Assembly (NCBI GenBank): GCA_025603075.1
Contig: MU626272.1
Coordinates: 62,001 to 126,000 of the forward strand
Length of the DNA stretch: 64,000 bases
Direction: 5' to 3'
From: Neoconidiobolus thromboides FSU 785
Lineage: Eukaryota; Fungi; Entomophthoromycota
Part shown: positions 46,755-60,218 of the stretch, one piece after another
How positions within the stretch are numbered: the stretch's first letter is position 1
How the letters are laid out: each line of letters begins with the position of its first letter
Notes under the pieces: model-generated
Database searches by the model: none
Seen by the model: the letters and a program-made list of their open reading frames with translations, nothing else
Told to the model about the DNA's origin: nothing
Position numbers and translations under genes: made by a program

Positions 46755-49700
46755 ATGACGAGTAGGGGCATATATAACAAAGAAGAGAGTATAAGATCTT
46801 GGAAAAAGTTACAAGATGAAAGCAGTGCGCCAAAGGTCGGTTTAGACGCTTGGCATAAACTGAGTAAAGATAAAGATAATAAAAATGAGAGGTAATTTTA
46901 CAATAAACATACTCAAATAATATTCTAATATAATTCTAGCAATTACAGTCACAATGACACAAACATAAATTTGAGTTATGGCTTCAAAGATCATAGGTTC
47001 GTTTTATTTTATTTTTCAACTTAGTAATCCAAAGTGCGATAGTGAAAAGTCGAATTGTTCTGGACACAAAGACAATAATATTAGGCACGTAAACCAAAAT
47101 AATGTAGCTAATGAAAAAAAGGTAAATTTTAATCTTTATCAAATAAACAATTATCTTATGATTTAAAAAGATGAATAGCCAAAGTCCTATTGATAAGAGT
47201 AACAGTATGTATTTATAGATATGATCAATTTCCTGATATGTATTTTTTAGATTTCGCATACAGCTTTAAATCCTCAATTATAGTTAAATTAAACCAAAGG
47301 AGAATAAATTTGAGCATTTTGTCTTCAAATAGTAGGAAGTTATTAAAAACATTTGATATCCATAATAGTGACTTTGATGATTATATCCCATCTAAAATGA
47401 GATCCGCTTTTATATCCCCAATTAATACCTTGTCAAAAGTTACAACATTTTTTCATTGTATAAGCAAACTTAAGCCAGCTCTAGGAATTCAATATTTAGT
47501 TAACCATTACAGTGAAATAGAGTTTTCATTTGATTATTATTTACCTGAGGTTATTTCCACAATTTTACAAACATTTAACCTATCAAATTTACTAAATGAC
47601 TTGAGCAACTCCAACAATCATACTGATCTATTAAGGTTATTTACTAAAAACGAAAAATTTATAATAAAGTTTATTATGCATTTTAGATATGGTACACATA
47701 CCGACTTCGAGTTTTGGAATTTTATATGGTTTTATTTAAGTTTATGTATGTTTAATCCGGAGTTTATTCATCTAATAGAAGTAGAAGAGTTGATCAACAA
47801 GAGTTTGAGGTTAAAAAAGCCTACAAATAGTAGAATAAAGTCGGATTGTGAATCAATTATTGCATTTCTTCGAGATATTGAAATGATTTGTCAAATAGAG
47901 GTAGATAATAATAATGTCATCACAAACAATACTGGTTTATTAGACGAAGATGACAATGTTGAAGGATATAATAATTTTGGCTCATATATAGTAGATGGTA
48001 AAGAAAATGTTGACATTGATTCAATTGTTTATTTGTTGAAATATGTGGATGAGTTGCCAAACCTCCCTCAAACACTTTATGACTTAATATCTAAAGCTCC
48101 AGATAACTTCGCTTTTAAGCTATTTACAGAATACAATCAAAGAATATTAGAAAACGATGAGGGGAATACAGAGAAAGGCTATTTTTCGAAATCAAAGCTT
48201 GAGTATAAATACTATGTTTGGCATGAAATAAAGATCAGATGCGATTATTTTTTCAAAAAATTGATAAATTCAATTGAGGGCTATAATAGCTCAAATAACA
48301 GCGAAACAAAGCAGCCTATTTTAACTTTTGATGGACCAATATACCATATTGGGAATATTATCCCTAGCTATGATGTAAAAGTTAATAGAGAATTAAGGGA
48401 TTTTATTAAAAATGAGACATTAGTTATTTTATTTAGTAGAGAAAAATCAAAGGTTTCAAAGTATTTACTATACAGCACTGGAAATGAGTCGATTCATCAA
48501 AACGAAAGCATGATTTTTGGGATAATCTATTACAACACAGATCATAGTAGGATTCAAGATCAATACTATCTTAACCCACGCGAACCTCAATCTATGCGAC
48601 TAACTATCATTTCAGATTCGTTGGATCAAATTGATATTTCTAAAGAATACTATATTGTACTGACACATATAAACTATAGCTACTATAAATTGATAATTGA
48701 CAATGAAGATCGGTTTAGCAAAAGCTATTTAGCCAAGAGCTTTGATACTATAACAACGAACTTACTATGTGAAATTAAAAATACAGACTTGAGACCAAAT
48801 TATTTAAGGGATGTAAAAATACCATTAAATTTTTTATTTGAAAATCAAAATAATCTCAGAGCATCTTTCTTTTTAAAGTCGATCCCAGATTATCAAGAGC
48901 TTAATGAATTATCTAACATGCTCGTTGACGAATCTCAGTTTAATGCAATCAAGTTTATCTTAAGCAATAAAATAGCAGTTACAGCAGGTGACTTTAAAAC
49001 CGGGAAGACAGACTTAGCTATTATCACTGCATCTATTTTAGCAAGTAAGTTAAAAGAGTTACAATTTCCAGAACCAGTTGTAATTATCACGAATAGTGAT
49101 TCAAAGTTGTATAAAATAGTAGACAAACTTTCGATCTATTTTCCTGACATTGTTTGTATTAACTCAGAGCAATCTGAAATACCAGAAAATATCCAAATTT
49201 ATAATATTGATAATATAGCAAACAAAAGTTGGGACAGGATTGAAAAGAATACTTGGAATAAAATACAATTTAATAAAGAGAATCTGCTAGATGAATGGGA
49301 TAAAATAACATTTGTAAAAGAAAGAATCAAAGATACCTCCTTTTCAATTAATGCCTTTATCAAACTTCTTCCACCACATTTAGCTAATAATATTTTCCAT
49401 AGTGATCAACCTGAAAGATTTAAATCACATAGTGGAACAAATGAATTGGAAAAAATAATGTCCTGGTTAGAATATGAATCTACTGTCGAATGTATTGAAC
49501 CAATGAATGATTTGACTTTAATCATTGATCTCAAAGATCTTGCAACTGAACTGGATACTAATTTATGGTCTTATTTAGATACCAATTTGTGGGATCTTTC
49601 CTTAGTTAAAAGGAGAGAAGTATTTGTCAAGTTTGAAGATATCTTATTGAGGTGTATTCAGCTTTGTTACAATAGAATTGTTAAAGAGTTAAATAAAGTA

Positions 49701-52354
49701 TATACTGAAGTCGAAAAATTAAAATATGGTATCTGGAGAAAAGTACTGAATACAGTATCCATAATAGTATTCACAAATGCATCATTTACTGAAAATTATT
49801 CTATTTTACAACATCTGAATGTTCGGGTTGGCATAATACTGGAAACTGAGAAATTTAGTGATTCTAAATTATTAACACTAACGAATTCTTTAAGCTTAGA
49901 ACATTTGATTTTATTTGCAAACCCTTCACAATTAAATCCTTTTTCTTATTTTGGTAATTTGAAGTACAGGAATTATTGGGAGTTTAGCCTTGTTAAGAGA
50001 TTATTTTCTACCGAAAGTATAAGGACTACACTCTCAAATTGTTATACAAAAAATAGTGCATTATTACCCATTGTATCAAATTTACATCCAAAGTCAAAGT
50101 TAACAATTGACCACCATCCTTTAACATCCCTTAAAGGAGTAGCTAAGCAACTTTCTTTTGTCAATGTATCAAGCATGAAGCATGCTATATGGTTCAATAC
50201 CGTTGAAGCAAAATTTATTGCTAGATTTGTGATATTTTTATATCAGCAAGGTTATACACAGGATGATATAGCAATATTTTCTTTGAGTTACAGCCAGGGG
50301 AAAATTATCATTGAAGCGCTTTTAAAAATGTTTAAAGTGTCCGAAAAACACCAACTTCTAGATAGAGAGAAAATAGGCTTACTGCCAACAGTTTATTCAC
50401 CTGGATATGAAGGTGGAGGTACATTCAAAATAGTGGTTGTTTCATTAATTTTTGGTAGAGAGCTCCGAAAGAACGATAACATTTCCTGTGTGAAGTTTGT
50501 GAAAAGCGCTTTGTTTTCAAGCCTTGAAAGCGCGACTATCTTTGGCGATGAATCGTGTTTTTCAAATGTCAAAGAATGGGTAACTTTTATGGAATTACTC
50601 AAAGCATCAGGTATTTTAGCCATTAAGTTTGTTTTGTTTATTGACCCTTTTTAGGAAATGTTACCGAATATTTAGAGTTAAGATGTCAAAGGCATACACA
50701 TACTGTAAATAAAGTTGATCACGATTTTGCATTTGATAAGGTGTGTGAATATGGTGGCTGTTTGGTAGTAATTAATATATTTTGAATTAGCATATATTTA
50801 TTTGATATTTAGGAAAAATGTGATCAACGATTAGCTTGTGGTCATATGTGTAGCCTTTTATGTCATCCATGGTTTCATGATAATTTGATGTGTCAGAAGC
50901 CATGTAATCGACGAAAAATATATGATTGCGGGCATATGTGTATAAATAAGTGTTTTGAATGTAAAGAAAAGGGGTGTCCTCCATGCGTGGAAAAAGTAAA
51001 TGCTAGACTTCCTTGTAACCATACATTTAAAGTTCAGTGTTCAAAAAAGTTAGTTATTGATGATATTGAATGTCAAGAGTTAGTAATTATTAAATTGCCT
51101 GGTTGTGGTCATGACTATACTATTGAATGTTTTAAATCAAATAACGATGATATATTATCTAGAATAAAATGTAGGGAAAAGGTTGAAAAAGAATTAGAGT
51201 GTGGTCATATAATCAGTGGAACATGTTATAAAGATATTTCATGTAATCAGGTATGTTTAAAAAAATTGGAATGTGGCCACTTTTGTCAAAGTAAGTGCGG
51301 GACAACGCATTCACATGATCGAAAATATTGTAAACATGATTGTCCCAAGGTACTTTTATGTGGTCATATGTGTCAAATGGGTTGTAGTTTACCTAATAAG
51401 CATACACAGTTTTGTAAAGAAAAGTGTAAGATTTGTTGCCCACATAAAGTTTATTGTCCAAAGTTATGTTATGAAGCTTGTATTGAATGTATTGAACCAT
51501 GTATATTTGGATGTAGGCATCAAATATGCCAAAAGTCATGCTCTGAACTGTGTGATCGTTTGCCATGTCAAAGAAGATGTGATAAAGTATTTGACTGCAA
51601 GTAAGTTTTATCAGGCTATTATAAAGTTTTATTAAATTATTTAGTCATCAATGTGTTGGCTTTTGTGGGGAACCATGTCCGCCATGCAATAAATGTATTT
51701 CTATGGAATGCCCAATTTCACTCCATCAGTTATCTGATATTAATTTAGATAATAATGAGTTACTTTATATGTTACCAGATTGTAATTGTGGTAAGTTAGT
51801 ATTTTATATATACCAATCCTATATTAATTCTATTTTATAGTTTATTTAGCTTCTTATTTAGATAATTATTTTAAATTTAATCCATCTAATAATGATGATA
51901 CAATAATTAAAATATGGTCTTGTCCAAAGTGTCAAAAGAACATAATAAGTGCTCCGAGATATGAAAGCTATATTAAAAAAGGATTAAATGATTTTTATAA
52001 AACAAAAACAACTATGTTACAAGGATTAAATTCGCTCACAAACAAGGAAAAGGATCAAATTATATTAGCTATGGCATCCACTGTTGATTTAGAAGTTTAT
52101 GATATTGTGGGTGGTAGATGGTTTAAATGTCCTAATAGTCATCCTTATTATATAGGTAATAATAGATTAATAACATGATTGTATATGTATTTATTAAGTA
52201 ATTCTAAGGTGAGTGTGGTGGTGCTACTGAAATATCCAATTGTCCAGAGTGTAATGAAGTAATTGGCGGTACAAAACATAAAATCGTATCAAGTAATGCT
52301 TTTTTTGGGGAGTTTGATCACTCTGAGAAACCTGCTTGGCCTGGACAAGAATAA
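46755..52354 (+). CDS. ZNFX1-like protein: degenerate SF1 (Upf1-like) helicase, NFX1-type zinc-finger array, C-terminal RZ finger; multi-exon
   Basis: Order of helicase-derived segments matches ZNFX1/Hrr1; repeated LxCGHxC motifs; WFKCPNSHPYYI-GECGGA...CPEC..IGG..H; 5' exons approximate. Confidence 0.88.
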
Positions 52355-52457
52355 TATAATGCAATTATTTTTTAAAATTATTTTATATAAAATAAAATAG
52401 GTTAAATTGCAATAAATAATATAGTTTAATATTAAAAAAATGAATAACTCTTTTAAT

Positions 52458-53231
52458 TTAAATATCTTCAAATTCTATTGCCTCATCTTCCCATAAACCA
52501 ATAGGCTCTGTATTTAATATACCATAACAATTAGCTAAGTTAACAAAGGATAACTTTGGCATCTGTTTTAATAATTGAACACTATTGTCAGTTATTAATT
52601 CACAATTTTCTAAACTTATCTCTCTTAATGTTGATTTACATTTTATTAAAATTTGTTTTAATTCTTCATCTTCTATATTAGTATCCGTTAAATCTAAATA
52701 GATTAAATTTTTACATGAAGAAATAGATTGAAATCCAGATTTATTTGATTTAATACCTTCGACACCCAATCTCACTAACTGATTGTTATAAGCTTTAGTA
52801 ATTAAAGATAAGCTAAATGAATTCAGTTTGCACAATGGTAAATTTAAATCTTGAACATTAGGACAATATTTAATTAGTTGATATAAATGTTTATCAGTAA
52901 TTAAATTCCAACGTAAAGGTACAATAGCTAAATCGACTTTTTTAACCAATCTACCAACATTATTGTATAATTTTTTAACGTTTTTACTATGAGTATTTTG
53001 TTGTTTTTCAAAGGTGGAAGAAGTGGAAGATAATTTTAGACTATTTAAAAAAGAGGAGAATTGGTTACATGTAGTGAAGATGGGGGAAGTGTAGATACAA
53101 GGTAAGGAAACTTGATACCATAATTTATTGAGTTGAGATATGGTGTAAAGATCAGGAAGTGTTAAATAGCTGCAGATTAAATCTACTAATTCAATAGGTA
53201 ATGATTGGGATGAGCTTGATGAAAATGCCAT
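52458..53231 (-). CDS. F-box plus LRR (RNI/Amn1-like) protein, intronless
   Basis: LPIELVDLICSYL..LNKLWYQVSLPCIY; CPNVQDLNL, CKNLIYLDLT, LREISLENC, LSFVNLANC. Confidence 0.88.
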   Translation of the reverse strand: MAFSSSSSQSLPIELVDLICSYLTLPDLYTISQLNKLWYQVSLPCIYTSPIFTTCNQFSSFLNSLKLSSTSSTFEKQQNTHSKNVKKLYNNVGRLVKKVDLAIVPLRWNLITDKHLYQLIKYCPNVQDLNLPLCKLNSFSLSLITKAYNNQLVRLGVEGIKSNKSGFQSISSCKNLIYLDLTDTNIEDEELKQILIKCKSTLREISLENCELITDNSVQLLKQMPKLSFVNLANCYGILNTEPIGLWEDEAIEFEDI

Positions 53232-53381
53232 TAAATTTTAGTAAAATTTAGATTCTAAGTTGAAGTTCACTTGAGTTTTGAATTCAAATTTTGCACTTTT
53301 TTTTGGAAAAGTTTGAAAAAATAAATTGAATTTGATTACTTTTATTCTTTTTATTAATATAGAATATAGAAAATAAATTTA

Positions 53382-55043
53382 ATGGCTCGTAATAGAAATA
53401 ATCAACAAAATAAAGACAATCAATTAAATGTTAATAAACCTTCTGAAGGATCTAAAACTCCTATATCAACTAATGAAAATGATGTTAAGCTACTTGAATA
53501 TATCATGAAAGAAGTAGCTACGTTTGAAAACAATACAAACGAATCTCAATTAACTTCTCTTTTACAAATTCTTCATTCTCGTCAATTGATCAACAGACTT
53601 TATTCTAATGATAATAATAGTGAATTACAAAAAAGATGGCTTATGTATATTACCAGCTTGTTAACTAAAACGGATCCAACTCAACAAGTTGCTATTTTTA
53701 TCAGTTGTAAGTTAATAGCAATTAGTATTGAACAATCAGATATTATTTATTTGAATGGGATTGTTAAATGGACAGGTGAATTAAATAGATGTTTACAAGT
53801 AAGTTTTGCATTACAATGATAGTGCATATTCTATTATTTCTTATTTGAAAATATTAATTTTAATAATTTAGAAAGTTTCATTATCAGATGTTGTTTGTAT
53901 TGAAGTTATTAATACGTTATCCAAGTTACTTTTAAACACTTATAATCAATTGGAACTTCAAAGAGAAGTTACTAATAGTAATTTACCTATTTTTATTTCT
54001 GGTTTAATGTATAAATTAAAAGGGGAAAGTAGTGAAAAGGTTAAAGTAAGTTACTTAAATAGTGTTGAATTTAATATATAAATTAAAACAAATTTATATT
54101 ATTGTTAATTAGTTAACTTGTTTAAAATCGATTCATGATTTGATTTTATGTTTTCCAAAGCAATATCGTTCACAAGTAGCTAATTTAAGAAGTTTATTAT
54201 TAACTATCTGGACTGATGATAACTTAAATATTCAACCAAATACTTTATTGGCTACTTGGTGGTTTAAATGCTTATCTGTTTTGTGTTTAAGTAATAATAC
54301 ATCTCAATTAATTACGGAAAATTTTAATAAAGAATTGGAATGTTTGATTGATACAGCTAATTTTTTATTAAATCAAGTATTGATCACAGTACAAGGTAAT
54401 ATTAATTTATTTAATATAATAAAGAATAAAGGATAAAAATCAATTATTAATATTTTATTATAGAACCTTATAAACAAATCAATAATCAATATGAAATTGA
54501 AATTAAGGAGGATGAAGTTAACAATCTTTTAAGACATCAAAAGGAATTTGAATTATTTCTATTAGCTTGTCAAGGAATTATTGGGTTTTTAAAGTAAGCT
54601 ATCGAACAAATATTACTAGTCTTGATAAACTTGTATTAAATTCATTATTTTTAGTTTTAAAACAAAAGAAAATAGCTTATTGTTGTCTATTCCTATTAAA
54701 AAATGTTTAGATTTATGTACTCGAATTTATTCTTTTGGGCCTAATTCAAGGGTAAATTGGAGTTATTTTGTAATTAACAATTTGTGAATTTTTAATTGAT
54801 TTTTTTATTAGATGTTAAATAATCAATCAATCAAATGTTATTTAAAATTGATGTCGAATTTGCCTATATTACATTCAGTAGCTAATGATTTATTAGTTAA
54901 AATGTGTCAAAGGCAGGTTTTTTTTAAATACTTTAATTATATTTTATTAATAACATTATTAGATTTAGTATTGGTATGGTAGAACACTGTAAATTAATTA
55001 ATAACATAATCAATAAGCTATTTTACAATTCTATTGGGTATAG

Positions 55044-55106
<63 letters not shown>

Positions 55107-56432
55107 TTTTTTAAATAGTCAATTAAGAGACAATGCTTACTCTTTAGTATGTCAATTAATTTATTATCTTGGAGATAATTTATTATATTTTATAATGGAA
55201 GGTTTAATATTAAATATAATTAGTGATTTAAAATTTAAACAAAAACAAAAGATGAAAAGTCAAGTGGTAAGTTTACAACTACTAATAACCATTTTGTTAT
55301 ATATTTATCTCTTTTTAACATTTTTTGCTTTATAATAGACTTCAAGCAATAGAAGAAATAAAACACAAACAATATCCAATTCAGATCAGTTATTAAATAA
55401 TAATAATCTATTAAAACCAGAAGATAATTATGAATGGGCATTAAAAGGTAATTTATTCCCCCCCTCTCTTCTCTTATTACATATTAATTACTCCTTAAAA
55501 TAGCTTTGTCTATGATATTAAAACATAACAGCTATATTATATCTTATGAATTAAAACAACAATTTGATAAAATTATATATTTCAATGGAATTCAATTTAT
55601 AAATAATCAATTAAAATTAACCAATCAACAACAATATCAATTAATTCAATGTTTGTATTATTCTAGCTTAATACCTAATCCATCTCAAGCAAGTTTACTA
55701 GAGTTAACAATATTATTATTAAATCAATTCAACTTATTAAAGGAAGGAGAAGTAAGTTTTTATTTTTTAAAAATTATAGAATGATTGTGAATTTATTAAT
55801 TGAATTTTATTTTTATTTTTATTTTTTAGTTAAAACAATTTTCCACCATGGCATTACAATCTATTAGTTTGTTAATGAATCCTCAATTACCAGCTAGTAC
55901 AAAAAATGTTACAAACTTTAATACTAATAATGAAAATCAATTAATGAATTTTAGTATTAATATTATGGATTCTAATAATACTTTATTAAATGGGAATAAC
56001 AATAATAATGATAAGGAAAATCAAGATGAAAAAAAGGAAGAAAATAGAATTGATAATTCAAATGAACATTCTTCAATTGATATTGAAATTGAAAAAGAAG
56101 AAATTGTTGATGAGGAGGTGGATGTTGAAGTGGATAATATATCACCAATAGTGGACTTAATTTCTATGGAAAAAAGAGAAGCAGAAGAAGAATTAGAAAA
56201 TTTAGAAAACAAAAGAAGTAACTTTAAGACAACAGAGAAAGTACAACCGAATAAAGAAATAAGTGAAGGAGATATTATAGTAGAAAATAAGTTGATAATT
56301 GATACAGTTATATTGAAAAATGAAAATAAGGAGGAGAAAGTCGAAGAAGTTATAATTAAAGCTCATAAGGAGATGAATTTAAATGATGATAAAGATTCAG
56401 ATGATGAATCCATTCCAGACATCGTATTTTAA
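53382..56432 (+). CDS. RIX1: Rix1/PELP1-like pre-60S biogenesis factor, many introns
   Basis: Armadillo-like N-terminus with LELQREVTNSNLPIFISGL; acidic tail ending DSDDESIPDIVF. Confidence 0.7.
55045..55103. repeat. (TAT)n microsatellite, about 19 units, intronic
   Basis: Direct reading. Confidence 0.9.
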
Positions 56433-56743
56433 GATAAAATTATAAGTCTAATTTAAGTTAAAGTTAATAGATTTATTATTAAAGTTTATAGAGATCAAAT
56501 ATATGAATTTTTTTTTTCTTTTTATATATAAATATTATTTTTTATTAATACAGGGGTTAAAGATAAAGAAATAAACAGAAATAAATTGATAAAGATTGAT
56601 AAATAAATAAAACAGATAGTGAAGATTATAGAAAAATAAATAAACAAAAAAACAAAAAAACAAAAAAAAGAAATGATTTAAACTATACATATATATTATA
56701 AACTATGACATATTACACAGAAAATCAAGGTCTAAACTTTATA

Positions 56744-57565
56744 TTAATTGTTATCATTCTCTTCCATTTCCAATTTAGATTGCTTTCTAAGTGCAGGTGC
56801 TAATGGTAATTTAAATTCATTCGGATCAAATTCAGATGAATAAGAAGAAGATATATGACCACCTTCTCTTTCATCAATAATTTTATTCTTATTTTTATTT
56901 TTTAATTTAATTAAATTTCTCCTTCCCTTACCTTTTCTTTTGATTTTAGGTACTTTTAAATTATTATTGATAGAAGGTACAATTTCCTTTTGTTCAGATA
57001 TCACTGATATTACCTCAGGGGGATTATAACTAATAGGTTGAATAAGCGGGGATAGTGACGAAGTGTGATTATTAATATCATTAATATCAGTATTATTATT
57101 ATTATTATCACTGTTATTACTATTATCTTCTTTTAATTGATTTTTAATTTGTTGATTTAATTCTTCCATTTCAACTTTAATAATTGGTAATTCGGTATTG
57201 ATATGGTGATAAATAGATTTATTATTAGTTAATGGTGTCTCTGTTTTATTACTATTAAAACTAGTATTAAAATTATTATTAAAACTATTATTAAAACTAT
57301 TATTATCCCTTATTAATTCATTAATCCTTTTAGGAGAAGGTTTAGATTTTATACTAGTGTTATTGTTATTATTGTTATTTTTACTATTCAATATAAAGTC
57401 CACTTGTTCTGCTTCTTTATTTAACCCATTTTTCATTAAATTATATATTTTTTCTCTTGATGGGGTTAATTTAATACTTTTTAATGAATTATTATTTGAT
57501 TTATCTTTTTCTCCAATATCGCTACTATTATTACTTTTCTCTATTTCTTGTCGTTGTTGATTTAA

Positions 57566-57603
<38 letters not shown>

Positions 57604-58836
57604 CTCGATTAATAAAATAATTTTGTTTAATATTAACAAGTTCTTGAGAAAGTGATATACTACCTCTAGATCTTCTTAATCTTGAATTATTTAAATTATT
57701 ACTTTTACTATCTTGTAAACTTAATCTACCAATTTTAGGTGATATTAGACAATCATCAAATAATGTTGGATTAATATAAATTTGTTGAATATCATTTTCA
57801 TCATTTTCATTGTCATCTTCATTAGCTTTTTCTTGCAAACTATCAATTGAATAATAACTTTCTTTAGAATTTAATTTAATTGTTTTACTACTTGAGTTAC
57901 TTGATGAATCTTCTTCTTTATTTGATGGATAATTGTCTTGCATTAATTTATTCTTTTGATTTTGATTTGTATTGCTATCAATTGTATTAACCATTCTCAT
58001 TGTATTAAATTTCCTTGTTAGTCTATGTATCTTTTTATTTAATACTTGACTATCTCGAATTGCTTCTTGAGTTCTTTCTTCTTTCTCTACTAATTGATTT
58101 GATAATTCATGTATCATTAATTGGTAATTATTGATTCTATTCAATGCGGTATTTTTTTCTCCTTCAATTCGTTGAATTATTAGTTGATTTTTGACTTCTA
58201 CTGAATGAGCAATTGAATGAATACCTCTAATTACTTTCCAAAATCGGAAGATAATTAATGTTGGAGCAGCAATTTGGCCAATTGAATGATGGTATAAATG
58301 TAAATAAACTTCAAATGGTAAGGAAAATAAGATGACTAAAGCATCTAACAAATTTAAGATATTTTTTAAAAATGCAGTACCTAAATAAAATAAAATAAAA
58401 ACATATTAGCCTACTTGTCATTAAATTCAAATAAATAATTGTATTTACCTAATAGTACTATTTTTAGTATTATTTCCAATACAAATAATGCTAAGATAAA
58501 ACAACTACCAATAAATAAAGCTTGATGTGCTATTTTTAACCCTTTACCGCTTTTTAAATAACCTTCTAAATGATGTAATTCTGTAATTTAAAAAAATTAG
58601 TCCTGATTCATTATATTATGTGTAGACTAATCTCTCTTACCTAAAACTTGTTGAACCATTAAAATCACCAAATCAAATAAAATCAAGACAATAATAATAT
58701 AATGAAATAAATCACATTCAATAGCATCTAACAATTTCATTCGAAATGTTTTTTGTTGAACAATTTCCAAGGCTACCGCTTCACTACTTCTAAATGTACC
58801 TTTACTATCTGAGAACTTAAGTCCTTTTTCCTCCAT
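56744..58836 (-). CDS. HVCN1: Voltage-gated proton channel Hv1-like with coiled coil and long Asn-rich tail, 2 introns
   Basis: S1 FHYIIIVLILFDL (selectivity Asp), S2 FVLEIILKI, S3 LLDALVI, S4 LIIFRFWKVIRGI (RxWxxxR). Confidence 0.85.
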
Positions 58837-59371
58837 TTAGATAATAGAGATTATGAATATAAATGTTGTTAATTAGTATTGTTATTAGTTGAATTAATAA
58901 TAGGTTGAAAGATTCAATGAATCAACTAAACTATTTTTGGCAGTAATTGAAAACTTTGAATATACTCATCATGCCCCTTTTTGCTATTATTGTTTTATTT
59001 TTGAGTAAAGATTATCGAATTTCAAGGATTAATTGAGTGTTTAAAAGTTCAATGTTTTAAAACTTCAATTGTTGATAAATTGGAAATGATTGGACAATCC
59101 AATCGTTTGCGTTAATAAAAAAAGTAGTAACAAACGCTAAAAATAAGTTTTATAGTAGTATTAAGAACAAATTTAAGTTTCTTAAGATTTTAAAATAATA
59201 GTGTTAAGTATACTTTAATTTCAAGATTATATTGAGTTTGATTAAAAAAGTGGCTTATTTAATAGTGTACTTTTTATGTAGCATTTAAATCACTCAAATT
59301 ACGATTATCTTTTTGTATCAACTTGCTAAAAAAAAATTGATAAAATTTTAATTACTTTAATTAATAATAAC

Positions 59372-59478
59372 ATATGGGGATGTATTTTTGTATTTAAGAA
59401 CTTTACTAACAAATTTTCCGCTTAAATAGTACTTAAAAAATGGAAGAAATAATGAAGTCAAAAAAAACACTCCCATAT
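59372..59478 (+). mobile_element. MITE-like family copy
   Basis: ATATGGGGATGTATTTTT...AAAAAAACACTCCCATAT. Confidence 0.85.
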
Positions 59479-59643
59479 GCTATATATAATTAACCAAAAG
59501 TTCTAAAAGTTATTTATTAGAAGATTAATAAAGCACTAAAAAATGTAGTTACTTTCAATTTGATTATTAGCTTTATCTTTCTATTCTAAAATTTAAAGCA
59601 ATTTTAAGTTTCTTTAATAATTAATAAAAGCTGCTTTTTAAAC

Positions 59644-59750
59644 ATATGGAGGTCTTTTTTTTTTATTTCATTATTTTTTGCGCTTTTCAAGTGCTATTTG
59701 AGTAGAATAATTGCTAGTAAAATTCTTAAACAAAAAACACATTCCCATGT
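59644..59750 (-). mobile_element. MITE-like family copy
   Basis: ATATGGAGGTCTTTTT...AAAAAACACATTCCCATGT. Confidence 0.8.
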
Positions 59751-59789
59751 ACTAAACAATTTTAAAAATACAATAAAAAAAAAAGATTT

Positions 59790-59866
59790 ATATGAGGATG
59801 TATTTTCATATTTAAGAATTTTACTAACAAATTTTCTGCTCAAATAGTGCTTAAAAGATGTAAAGA
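59790..59866 (+). mobile_element. Left part of a MITE split by an LTR-like insertion
   Basis: ATATGAGGATGTATTTT...CTTAAAAGATGTAAAGA, then directly the LTR-like terminus. Confidence 0.8.
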
Positions 59867-60186
59867 TATGAAATCTGGTACTCAGTGTTTGGAGTCAAAA
59901 ACAGCTATTGTTGGGTTGACTACACTATAAGTCGAAAGGTCTTACTTTATGTGACTAAGATAGACTTGGATTATGAGGAATACCATGTAATAGGTTACAA
60001 GCTATATAAGACAAATAGAATAGACAATACTAATGTAAATCTACGTAAAATACTACTAAGAAAACTTAGTGACTTTATCAAATGTTCGAGATATCAGGGA
60101 ATAATTCAGTTAAAAAGCCTTGAGCTACTATGTTCCAAAATCTCTTTTATACTCTGACAAGTACAATATCAAAACGAGAAGATAAT
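59867..60186 (-). mobile_element. Partial solo-LTR-like element (copy A, 3' ~320 bp, inverted)
   Basis: Reverse complement of about 60361-60680 and about 62032-62353; terminus TATGAAAT (TGTGAAAT with one change). Confidence 0.75.
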
Positions 60187-60218
60187 ATGGGGATGTTTTT
60201 TTTTGATTTTATTACCTT
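60185..60218 (-). mobile_element. Right part of the split MITE, inverted
   Basis: ATATGGGGATGTTTTTTTTTGATTTTATTACCTT is the reverse complement of the family right end. Confidence 0.75.

Noticed and set aside
2552-52354. HP1 pair, ZNFX1-like gene and hairpins as a functional silencing gene cluster
   Set aside because: They are spread over 50 kb among unrelated housekeeping genes; nothing in the sequence shows co-regulation
507-57560. Many short antisense or overlapping ORFs in the supplied track (e.g. 507-689, 23185-23441, 38647-38853, 57357-57560)
   Set aside because: They are shadows of real genes or low-complexity AT-rich frames with no motifs
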